NCBI RefSeq assembly: GCF_018336915.1
Contig: NZ_CP064923.1
Location: forward strand, 2,940,001-2,972,000
From: Acaryochloris marina S15
GTDB taxonomy: Bacteria; Cyanobacteriota; Cyanobacteriia; Thermosynechococcales; Thermosynechococcaceae
Direction: 5' to 3'
DNA: 32,000 nucleotides
The notes beneath the pieces were generated by a model. That model ran no database searches, was not told the DNA's origin, and was given only the letters and a program-made list of their open reading frames with translations. Each line of letters starts with the position of its first letter. Position 1 is the first letter of the stretch. Position numbers and translations under genes: made by a program. Positions 17,920-25,909 of this stretch are shown here, piece by piece.

Positions 17920-18771
17920 ATGCAACAGCATTTTGAAGTCGCGGCTGGGTCTATTTTGGGCCAGAACCATCGACGAGTCAGTCAGAATAATCAGGATGCT
18001 TGGGCCATTCTTACACCAGGTCAAGCAACCATTGCGGTGGTATGTGATGGGTGCGGGAGTCGACCTAAAAGTGAAGTCGGAGCGCAGCTAGGGGCTCAGT
18101 TAACGGTGCACACTCTTGCTCAATTAGTGGCAGAGGAACGACCAGAAGACGAGCTGTTTTGGCAGACATTGAGAAAGCGCCTATTAGAGAAGATGCAGAC
18201 TTTAAAGGAGCCGTTAGGAGCGGATGAACAAGGGCTGTTGGATTACTTCTTATTCACCCTGACTGGGTGTTTAGTAACCCCAGAAACAACCTGGATTTTT
18301 GGTCTAGGGGATGGGGTATTTGCCATCAATGAGCAGCTTCATCAGATTGGTCCATTTGCCAATAATGCTCCGCCCTATTTGGCATACAGCTTGCTATGGG
18401 AAGCCGAGAAAGGCCCCGATCCATTTCAACTCCAGATTTATGCTCAACAACCTACTGAGCAGGTGCAGTCTGTGCTGATTGGAAGCGATGGGGTAGGGGA
18501 CTTAATGAATGTAGCGGAAGAGTATCTCCCTGGAAAGTTGGAACCTGTGGGACCACTGAATCAGTTCTGGTGTTGCGATCGCTATTTCCAGAATCCTGAT
18601 CAGGTGCGACGACGGCTCGCTCAAATCAATAGAGAGGTGATACAGCCGGACTGGGATGCTCAGCAGGTGCGGAAGATTCCAGGTTTATTACCGGACGACA
18701 CTACGTTAATCAGTATTAGACGGAAAGAGACGGAAGAAGGAGGCAGTGATGCTAGGTGCGATCGCAGGTGA
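17920..18771 (+). CDS. PP2C-family (PP2C_2-like) Ser/Thr protein phosphatase
   Basis: NQDAWAI, VVCDGCGS and LIGSDGVGD metal-binding aspartate motifs. Start moved from 17851 to the in-frame ATG 17920, because the upstream 23 codons overlie the promoter/operator. Confidence 0.75.
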   Translation: MQQHFEVAAGSILGQNHRRVSQNNQDAWAILTPGQATIAVVCDGCGSRPKSEVGAQLGAQLTVHTLAQLVAEERPEDELFWQTLRKRLLEKMQTLKEPLGADEQGLLDYFLFTLTGCLVTPETTWIFGLGDGVFAINEQLHQIGPFANNAPPYLAYSLLWEAEKGPDPFQLQIYAQQPTEQVQSVLIGSDGVGDLMNVAEEYLPGKLEPVGPLNQFWCCDRYFQNPDQVRRRLAQINREVIQPDWDAQQVRKIPGLLPDDTTLISIRRKETEEGGSDARCDRR

Positions 18772-19558
18772 CATGATTGGGTCAGTTTTTGAGCCCCATT
18801 GGCGACGAATGAAACGGAAAGAGTTTGAATTATTTAGTAAGAAATCGAAATTTACAGACGATACGGTACTTACGATGGTCCCCGACCGGCCTTCGGCCAT
18901 CGCAGTTGCGGATGCCATTCTCCATCAGAAGGAGTATGTCCATAGCATCAAGGACTATTATCGGCGCTATCCCAAAGCTGGCTATGGCAGAACCTTTCGA
19001 GAATGGGGGGCATCAGACAGCTTGGAACCGTATCACAGTTGGGGGAATGGTTCAGCCATGCGGGTCAGTGCTGTTGGATTTGCCTTTGATGATTTAGAAA
19101 CGGTATTGCGAGAAGCGAAGCGAAGTGCAGCCGTCACCCATGATCACCCAGAAGGGATTAAGGGAGCACAGGCAACTGCGGCAGCCATTTACCTAGGGCG
19201 ACAGGGGCAGTCTAAGGCGGAGATTAAAGCCTATATCGAAGCAACCTTTGGCTATGACTTGAGTTTGAGCCTGGAAGAGATTCGACCCCAGTATCAGTTT
19301 GATAGCTCCTGTCAGGGGTCGGTACCCCAGGCGATCACGGCATTTCTAGAATCTACAGATTTTGAAGATGCGATTCGCAATGCCGTATCGCTTGGAGGTG
19401 ATAGTGATACCCAAGCCTGTATTGCCGGTGGTATTGCTCAAGGGTTTTATGGTGGGGTACCAGAAAGGATTGCCCAGGAGACTTGGAAACGGCTCGATGC
19501 AGACTTACAGCAGGTGGCCACGACGTTTATACAGACTTTTGAGATCAAACAAGTTTAA
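18749..19558 (+). CDS. ADP-ribosylglycohydrolase (ARH/DraG-like) family protein
   Basis: N-terminal GAIAGDMIGS, FTDDT, SWGNGSAMR and C-terminal GGDSDTQACIAGGIA are the conserved ARH metal-binding and fold motifs. The ATG overlaps the PP2C gene 3' end by 23 nt. Confidence 0.8.
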   Translation: MLGAIAGDMIGSVFEPHWRRMKRKEFELFSKKSKFTDDTVLTMVPDRPSAIAVADAILHQKEYVHSIKDYYRRYPKAGYGRTFREWGASDSLEPYHSWGNGSAMRVSAVGFAFDDLETVLREAKRSAAVTHDHPEGIKGAQATAAAIYLGRQGQSKAEIKAYIEATFGYDLSLSLEEIRPQYQFDSSCQGSVPQAITAFLESTDFEDAIRNAVSLGGDSDTQACIAGGIAQGFYGGVPERIAQETWKRLDADLQQVATTFIQTFEIKQV

Positions 19559-19559
19559 A

Positions 19560-19574
19560 GCAATACGGTATTGC
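19560..19574. promoter_or_regulatory. 15-bp palindrome GCAATACgGTATTGC, first of five GCAATAC/GTATTGC heptamers in the 155-bp ARH-kinase spacer
   Basis: Heptamers at 19560, 19573 and 19640 (forward) and 19568 and 19676 (reverse). Confidence 0.4.
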
Positions 19575-19713
19575 AATACGGATTTATTTTAGGTGCGCTA
19601 GCAAAAAGCTCAATCTCTTTTCTGTGAAGAGGTTTTAGGGCAATACTGTATTTTATAAGATCGTATCGTCAATTGGTATTGCGATACGAAGCTCATGCTA
19701 CTTCTAAATTTCT

Positions 19714-21591
19714 ATGGACGTTTATATCAATCAAAAACGAGTTCGCCTACGCCCTAAGCAAGCGATTGGGAAGGGGGGAGAAGCGGATGTGTATCGCCTC
19801 AATCGAACCACGGCGGTGAAGCTATTTAAGTCTCCCAGTCATCCTGATTTTGTGGGCATGGCTGAGGCTCAGCAGGGCGCACGGGAGCGGTTGGCGCTGC
19901 ATCAGCAAAAGCTGCGGCAGTTTCCCCAGTCGTTACCTGAGCGGGTGATTGCCCCACAGGGGTTGGTGATGAATCAAGGCGGACGGCGAATTTTAGGCTA
20001 TACGATGCCGCTGGTGGCGAATGCGGAGGTGCTGTTACGGTATTGCGATCTCCGAAGGAGGGTCGGGGACCATCGCAGGCGGGTCGGAGACCATCGCCAG
20101 GTTCGGCAGACGATAGACACACAGGTGGTGGTCAATCTATTTCTGGATCTGCACGAGACGGTGGCCAAGCTGCATTGTGCAGATGTGGTGATTGGAGATT
20201 TTAATGACCTAAATATTTTAGTGCAGGGCACCCAGGCATTTCTGATTGATGCCGATTCATTCCAGTTTGGTTCATTTCCCTGTTCGGTGTTTACAGCCCG
20301 CTTTGTCGATCCACTACTGTGTGATCCGCAGGGAACACAGCCTATTTTATGTCGACCCTATTCCTGGGAGTCAGATTGGTACGCCTTTACGGTAATGCTG
20401 ATGCAGGCACTGCTGTTTGTTAATCCTTATGGTGGTGTTTATAGACCGTCTGATCCAGCTCAGAGATTGCCTGCGGCAGCTCGCCCCTTACATCGGATAA
20501 CGGTGTTTCATCCCCAGGTACGCTATCCGAAGCCGGCTTTACCGTGCGATCGCTTACCGGAAGCATTGTTAGATCATTTTCAGCGGGTGTTTGAACAGGA
20601 TTGGCGGGGAGCATTTCCGCGATCGCTATTGGAAAATTTGCGCTGGCAAACCTGTCCGTCCTGTGGGGTTGAACATGCTCGATCTGCTTGTCCCAGCTGT
20701 GTGCAATCTATAGGGGTTGCTCCACCCGTTCAGCAGGGACAGGTTAAGGTCACGACGGTCTTACAAACGGATGGGGTGATCTTGGCGGCTACGTTGACAG
20801 CAGGGCATCTGCAGTGGTTGGTCTGGGAGGAGGGGCAGTTTAAGCGGGAAGACGGAGCGGTGATGCTCACGGGCGATCTCAGTCCTGAGTCCGACTGGTA
20901 TCTACAGGGTCAAACTACTTGGATCGCACAGCAGGGTCAGGTGGTGAGATTATCGGCAGATACGGAGCGGATCTCGGTGGATTGCTATCAAGGTCGGCCC
21001 CAGGTTGCGGTGAATGATCGGCATTGTTATTGGTTGAGCCAAGGACAGTTAATGCGGGACCACTCAGTGGTGGGGGAGGTATTGGCCGGACAAACCCAGT
21101 TTTGGGTGGGACCTCGGTTTGGACTGGGTTTTTATCGAGCCGGACGGCTGAACGGGGCTTTCGTCTTCGATGTCCAGCGCTCAGGGATAAATGATCGGCT
21201 GTCGTTGTCCATGGGAGCGGGGACGATAGTGGCGGCCAACTGCACGTTTAGTCAATCTTTGGGATGGCTCTTCGTGACGATCCAGGACCAAGGGGTACTT
21301 CAACAGCAATGTTGGGTAATCGCACCGACGGGTCAGGTGGTGGCTCAGGCCGATGTGGGGGAATGGACGGCAGGGAGATCGCCCATTTGTCCCCATTGGG
21401 CGGTGGAAGATGCCCTGCTGGTGGCGACGGATGAGGGCATTGCTCGGGTGCAGGTAGATCAAGGGCGATTGATCCTGCAGCGACAATTCCCGGAAACGGA
21501 GCCGTTTGTGCAGACGGGCTATCAGGTATTGGCGGCTCCCCAGGGACTCTATACGGTAGGGTCCCAAACCATTCAGTTATTGCAGTTGTAG
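19714..21591 (+). CDS. Protein-kinase-like protein (N-terminal ~300 aa) with CxxC-x10-CxxC zinc-ribbon and ~290-aa uncharacterised C-terminal domain
   Basis: Gly-loop [16 protein letters not shown] lysine, catalytic-loop-like [15 protein letters not shown]-equivalent [31 protein letters not shown] lies at 20653-20700. Confidence 0.75.
   Translation: MDVYINQKRVRLRPKQAIGKGGEADVYRLNRTTAVKLFKSPSHPDFVGMAEAQQGARERLALHQQKLRQFPQSLPERVIAPQGLVMNQGGRRILGYTMPLVANAEVLLRYCDLRRRVGDHRRRVGDHRQVRQTIDTQVVVNLFLDLHETVAKLHCADVVIGDFNDLNILVQGTQAFLIDADSFQFGSFPCSVFTARFVDPLLCDPQGTQPILCRPYSWESDWYAFTVMLMQALLFVNPYGGVYRPSDPAQRLPAAARPLHRITVFHPQVRYPKPALPCDRLPEALLDHFQRVFEQDWRGAFPRSLLENLRWQTCPSCGVEHARSACPSCVQSIGVAPPVQQGQVKVTTVLQTDGVILAATLTAGHLQWLVWEEGQFKREDGAVMLTGDLSPESDWYLQGQTTWIAQQGQVVRLSADTERISVDCYQGRPQVAVNDRHCYWLSQGQLMRDHSVVGEVLAGQTQFWVGPRFGLGFYRAGRLNGAFVFDVQRSGINDRLSLSMGAGTIVAANCTFSQSLGWLFVTIQDQGVLQQQCWVIAPTGQVVAQADVGEWTAGRSPICPHWAVEDALLVATDEGIARVQVDQGRLILQRQFPETEPFVQTGYQVLAAPQGLYTVGSQTIQLLQL
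20053..20094 (+). repeat. In-frame 21-bp tandem duplication encoding RRRVGDH x2 inside the kinase gene
   Basis: cgaaggagggtcggggaccat / cgcaggcgggtcggagaccat. The three nucleotide differences are all synonymous. Confidence 0.9.
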
Positions 21592-21602
21592 GAGATTTTA
21601 AA

Positions 21603-22634
21603 ATGATGTTGACGCAATTACCCATTCCTAATTTCTTTGACCCTCAACGGGTGGGGAAGGTGTGGCGGGTCCCTTACCAGGACAGAGTCCAACAGGCCCG
21701 GGACTGGGCAAGCCAACAGGGGGTGCAGCCAGCAGCGAAGGATAAAATGCGGATTTGTCTGATGGCAATTGATGTCCAAAATACGTTTTGTATTCCCGAC
21801 TTTGAGCTGTTTGTGGGGGGACCGTCTGGGATGGGGGCAGTGGAGGATAATCGCCGACTTTGTGAGTTTATCTACCGCAATTTGGGGACGATTACGGAAA
21901 TTGCACCGACGATGGATACTCATACGGCGATGCAGATCTTCCATGCTGATTTTTGGCTGAATGATCGCGGCGAGTCTCCCACGCCCCTGACGATGATTTC
22001 TTTGGCAGAGGTGGAACAGGGGGCCTGGAAGGTGAATCCGGCAATGGCCTATAGTCTGGGCAATTATATGGCTCTGCAGAATTTTGCCCGCCACTATGTC
22101 CAACGCCTTTCCCAGAAGGGGAAATATCCCCTGACTATTTGGCCCTATCACTCGATGTTGGGAGGCATTGGCCATGCCCTGGTGGCGGCGGTGGAGGAGG
22201 CCTGCTTTTTCCATAATCTGGCTCGCCATAGTCAGACCAATTTTGAAATCAAGGGGGGCAATCCTCTGACAGAAAATTACTCGGTGCTCCGACCGGAGGT
22301 TCTCGATGATCCGAAGGGACGGCCGATTGCCCAAAAGAATATCCGGTTTATCCAAAAGCTGTTGGATTTTGATGTGGTGATTATTGCTGGGCAGGCCAAG
22401 AGTCACTGTGTCGCCTGGACTATCGATGACTTACTCACGGAAATTCAAGCCCATGACCCGGACTTGGCGAAGAAAATTTACCTGCTGGAAGATTGTTCTT
22501 CGCCGGTGGTGGTGCCAGGGGTGGTCGATTTTACGGAGCAGGCCAATGAGGCATTTCTACGGTTTCAACAAGCGGGCATGCATTTGGTGCGTTCTACGGA
22601 TGAGATCGCAGGTTGGCCTGGCATCAATCCTTAG
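21603..22634 (+). CDS. Isochorismatase-superfamily cysteine hydrolase, nicotinamidase-like, unusually long (343 aa)
   Basis: AIDVQNTFC (PncA-like DxQNxFC), [11 protein letters not shown] (Asp/His metal-site-like) and [13 protein letters not shown] (nucleophile Cys). GGAG lies 8 nt upstream; only 11 nt separate it from the kinase stop. Confidence 0.7.
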   Translation: MMLTQLPIPNFFDPQRVGKVWRVPYQDRVQQARDWASQQGVQPAAKDKMRICLMAIDVQNTFCIPDFELFVGGPSGMGAVEDNRRLCEFIYRNLGTITEIAPTMDTHTAMQIFHADFWLNDRGESPTPLTMISLAEVEQGAWKVNPAMAYSLGNYMALQNFARHYVQRLSQKGKYPLTIWPYHSMLGGIGHALVAAVEEACFFHNLARHSQTNFEIKGGNPLTENYSVLRPEVLDDPKGRPIAQKNIRFIQKLLDFDVVIIAGQAKSHCVAWTIDDLLTEIQAHDPDLAKKIYLLEDCSSPVVVPGVVDFTEQANEAFLRFQQAGMHLVRSTDEIAGWPGINP

Positions 22635-22740
22635 ACGGATTAAACTATGGCTCGATCAGCGTCTGCTGGGTCTGCTGGCTTTTCTCAATAATGCGTCAAT
22701 CACTTCCTCTCTATACACCTCACTTTTTAAGGAGAATGTT

Positions 22741-23520
22741 ATGTCTCAAGTTCCGAATCTAAATGCACTATTCCAATCAGCCCAAGCGGATGGGGTACTC
22801 TCACAGGCATCGATGCAGGCCCTCAATATTGTCGATATTGGGGCACAGATCCAGGCTGGCCTGGGAACGCCAGTCGATGATGTGATGGCTAGTGAGGTGG
22901 TGCTGGTGACAATCATGCCGGATGATTCGGGTTCGATTCGGTTTGCCGGCCATGGGGCGGTGGTCCGGGCTGGACATAATACGGTGCTGGATACGTTGGC
23001 CATGTCCCCACAGAAAGACCATATTCTTGTTCACAACCGCTATCTCAATGGGGCGGTGCTCTATCCCTACTGTTCTGTTGACCAAGCGATGCGGATGGAT
23101 CAACACAATTATGATCCGAATCTGGGAACGCCGCTCTATGACCAAACTCTGGTGTTACTGGCTACGGTTCTAGCGAAGGCCCAAGCTTTTATCGATAATG
23201 GGGTGCCGGTGCGGACGGTATCTCTGATTATTACGGATGGAGCGGATGCCCATTCTCGGCGTTCTGTCCGGGAGGTCAAGATAATGGTCGAGGATATGCT
23301 GCGCACGGAAGACCATATTATTGCAGCAATGGGCATCGATGATGGACAGACGGACTTTAAACGGGTGTTTCGAGAGATGGGGGTGCGTGAACAATGGATC
23401 TTGACGCCGGGCAATTCCCATAATGAGATTCGGAAGGCTTTTCAGCTCTTCTCCCAGGCGGCGCTCACGGCCAGTCAGTCGGCACATAACTTTAATCCAA
23501 TGGGCGGATTCACGGCTTAG
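22741..23520 (+). CDS. von Willebrand factor A (vWA/TerY-like) domain protein with complete MIDAS motif
   Basis: VTIMPDDSGSIRF (DxSxS), GTPLYD (Thr) and LIITDGADAHS (Asp). AAGGAG lies 7 nt upstream of ATG 22741. The longer ORF from 22384 overlaps the previous gene in another frame. Confidence 0.75.
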   Translation: MSQVPNLNALFQSAQADGVLSQASMQALNIVDIGAQIQAGLGTPVDDVMASEVVLVTIMPDDSGSIRFAGHGAVVRAGHNTVLDTLAMSPQKDHILVHNRYLNGAVLYPYCSVDQAMRMDQHNYDPNLGTPLYDQTLVLLATVLAKAQAFIDNGVPVRTVSLIITDGADAHSRRSVREVKIMVEDMLRTEDHIIAAMGIDDGQTDFKRVFREMGVREQWILTPGNSHNEIRKAFQLFSQAALTASQSAHNFNPMGGFTA

Positions 23521-23567
23521 ATATGAGAAATGAGGCTAGAAGATGATCCTGGGGGCAAAGGCCAATA

Positions 23568-24059
23568 TCAATCAGGGGGCGATTCAGAGGTTATGGCAGG
23601 CTTTAATGCACAAACCAAATCATGACGAGTAATGATGCCTATCAAACATTGATCTTTATCAACCACAGGTAAACGGTTAATCTTCTTAGTCAACATCAAG
23701 TTGGCCGCAGACGTCAAAGGCATATCAGGCTGAGTTGTGATCGGCTGGTTTGTCATCACATCTTGAACCAACATCCCAAATGCTTTTTGCATATGCTGAT
23801 GGAATTGCTTCGGTGACTCAAAATAAATCACGCTTCCAAGCAATGTCATATATAGAGGAGGTTTCATAGGAGATTCTCTAACCAACAAATCACCTTCAGA
23901 AATAATGCCAACAACATGATTTACATCATCAACAACTGGCAAACCACTAATTCGGTGGTCTTCTAACAGCTTAATTACCGTCTCTAAAGAATCTGTGGGA
24001 GAGATAGCAATAGGATCTGGGGTCATAAAGTCTTTGACCACGGGACGAGAAATAGCCAT
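23568..24059 (-). CDS. CBS-domain pair protein
   Basis: 163 aa with two CBS repeats (VKDFMTPDPIAISPTDSL...ISGLPVVDD; VQDVMTNQPITTQPDMPL...INRLPVVDK). Confidence 0.85.
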   Translation of the reverse strand: MAISRPVVKDFMTPDPIAISPTDSLETVIKLLEDHRISGLPVVDDVNHVVGIISEGDLLVRESPMKPPLYMTLLGSVIYFESPKQFHQHMQKAFGMLVQDVMTNQPITTQPDMPLTSAANLMLTKKINRLPVVDKDQCLIGIITRHDLVCALKPAITSESPPD

Positions 24060-24115
24060 TAGCTCACCTATTTGATGTGTTAATTGCTCAGTCTGAAGCG
24101 ATACTATTCTATAAA

Positions 24116-24526
24116 TTAGTGAGTGGGAACTCTAGCTTTAACAAACCCCCAATCAGGACGTAAATGCCTGGCGCCTCTTTGGTAGATGTGATGAATCGGT
24201 TGATTCGGATCAGGAGTATTGAAATGAATCAAACAGCGTATACAAAAATCCAAATCACTTTCTACATACATTTGCTGCACATCTAGCAGGGGGACAGTAT
24301 CCCAGTTGGGACGCTGACGAGCAATTGCTGCAGGGAAAACGGCATCTAAATCCCGAGTAACAGAAAACGTTACGCTAATAATCTCATTCACATCCAGAGA
24401 ATTTTCTGACTCAATGGCCAACATGAGCTCAGTAACGACTTCCCGTATTGCGGCAACGGAATTCTCAGAAGCAGTCGTTGCCCCACGAATTGCTCGTACT
24501 TTCCATGACACAGAATTATCCTCCAT
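24116..24526 (-). CDS. aroH: Chorismate mutase, AroH class
   Basis: VRAIRGATT N-terminal motif, ~130-aa size and the VPLLDVQQM segment are typical of AroH-type monofunctional chorismate mutase. Confidence 0.8.
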   Translation of the reverse strand: MEDNSVSWKVRAIRGATTASENSVAAIREVVTELMLAIESENSLDVNEIISVTFSVTRDLDAVFPAAIARQRPNWDTVPLLDVQQMYVESDLDFCIRCLIHFNTPDPNQPIHHIYQRGARHLRPDWGFVKARVPTH

Positions 24527-24718
24527 AGCTAAATCATGCCTCAGGATTTAAGAAAACCTGCGCCATGTTAGCAAACTTGACATCTTCAGGGAATTGACCC
24601 ACATCACAGAAAATCTACGGTTCCCCACCTTACCTGTTTATTGAAACATGTAAGGCTCATTAAAGCTAAATTGAATTGCGATATCAATTCAACTCTAACC
24701 CTCTGAGGGACACCATAT

Positions 24719-25546
24719 TTAAGGTCGATAGAGCCACAAGGGTAAACCATTCGTTGCTATCTCAAAATTTACCCAATTAAGAACTTGGGGAGGTACAGAC
24801 AACGAAGATTGCCGGCTACCGGGTAGCAACTTACTCCAAAAAGATTTTTCTTCCTCGATGGTGTTACATTTAGCTTTTTCAGGATCGAGACCTGCCAGTT
24901 CAGCAGCCCAACACCGGGCATCTTCTTCCGTTCCCAATCGATCCACTAGGCCTAGTTCAAGGGCTTGTTGTCCCGTGAATACGCGCCCATCAGCAAACTG
25001 CTTGACAGCATCCACTTCTAAGTTGCGCCCTTCTGCCACAATCTCCACAAATTGAGAGTAGCTGCTATCAATCAGATCTTGGAGAATTTGCCTCTCCGGC
25101 TCGGTTAACTCTCGATCAAAGGCTAAAATATCTTTGTAGGGGCCAGACTTGATGACTTTGAAGGAAACGCCCACCTTGTCTAAAAGGCGTTCCAGGTTAT
25201 TTCCTCGGAGAATCACCCCAATACTGCCAGTTATAGTGCCTGGGTTAGCCATGATGTATTCAGCCCCCATGCCAATATAAACTCCGCCAGAAGCAGAAAT
25301 ATTGCCAAAGCTCGCAACAATCTTGACCTTTTCCCGCAGTTTAATTAGGGCACTATAAATTTCATGGGAGTCAACGACCGTTCCTCCTGGACTATCGATG
25401 CGGAGGAGAAGCACTGGATAGCCTTTCTCTTCAATGGTTTTGAGGGCTTCCAATACATGCTTTCGGGTTGCTCCTGCGATCGCACCTTTTATTTCTAAAC
25501 GGGCTATTTGTTTGCGGGCACCTTTAAACGGCCAAATCATGGGCAA
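24719..25546 (-). CDS. sppA: Signal peptide peptidase SppA, 36K type
   Basis: LLRIDSPGGTV and ASGGVYIG ClpP/crotonase-fold serine protease motifs; 275 aa. Confidence 0.85.
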   Translation of the reverse strand: MPMIWPFKGARKQIARLEIKGAIAGATRKHVLEALKTIEEKGYPVLLLRIDSPGGTVVDSHEIYSALIKLREKVKIVASFGNISASGGVYIGMGAEYIMANPGTITGSIGVILRGNNLERLLDKVGVSFKVIKSGPYKDILAFDRELTEPERQILQDLIDSSYSQFVEIVAEGRNLEVDAVKQFADGRVFTGQQALELGLVDRLGTEEDARCWAAELAGLDPEKAKCNTIEEEKSFWSKLLPGSRQSSLSVPPQVLNWVNFEIATNGLPLWLYRP

Positions 25547-25909
25547 TATTTATCACTGATTGTTTTCAACGCTATTGGGAACAGAAAGTTGAAAATGATC
25601 GGTCTATGCGTATCACTCCAGGCCTAGCCGATTGTGAATGCATGCCGTCCATTCAATCGCCATCAAGGTTCCCAAAGCCTGTATTGTAACTTGGTCATCT
25701 CTACAATGCTCACATCGGATAACCGCCCAACTAAATTGTGAACACCGAAGCATACATCTTATAATCAAAGCAAAGGTTACAAAAAGTTTAAGTTTCTCAG
25801 ACTAGATTTACGTAGGTCTGCGGCTTTTGTGGCTTTCTTTCATGCTTGGTGCTTTGAGACCAGCGTAACTAAAGCCTATTTTTCTTTTCGATCCTTGCTA
25901 CGGATAATT

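Noticed and set aside
19560-19590. Rho-independent terminator after the ARH gene
   Set aside because: The stem is AT-rich with a 1-nt centre (not a viable loop), and the T-tract is interrupted. It is treated as a possible protein-binding palindrome instead.
19826-21625. Antisense ORFs within the kinase gene (19826-20122, 19998-20231, 20420-20614, 21181-21567, 21248-21625)
   Set aside because: They are proline/arginine-rich low-complexity translations typical of the reverse strand of a GC-richer gene. The forward 625-aa frame has kinase motifs.
21618-22406. 262-aa ORF antisense to the isochorismatase-like gene
   Set aside because: It has no motifs. The forward frame carries the cysteine-hydrolase signature and an RBS.
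22384-22740. N-terminal 119 codons of ORF 22384-23520
   Set aside because: They overlap the preceding gene in another frame and then cross the intergenic region. The vWA domain starts after ATG 22741, which has an AAGGAG RBS.
22746-23487. Antisense and alternative-frame ORFs across the vWA gene (22746-23003, 22801-23145, 22922-23173, 23136-23414, 23170-23487)
   Set aside because: They are shadow ORFs. Only the 22741-23520 frame carries the MIDAS motif set.
25829-25909. Upstream extension of the EamA transporter ORF
   Set aside because: The extension begins at a non-ATG codon and encodes no TM or signal feature. ATG 25910 precedes the first TM helix at a typical distance.
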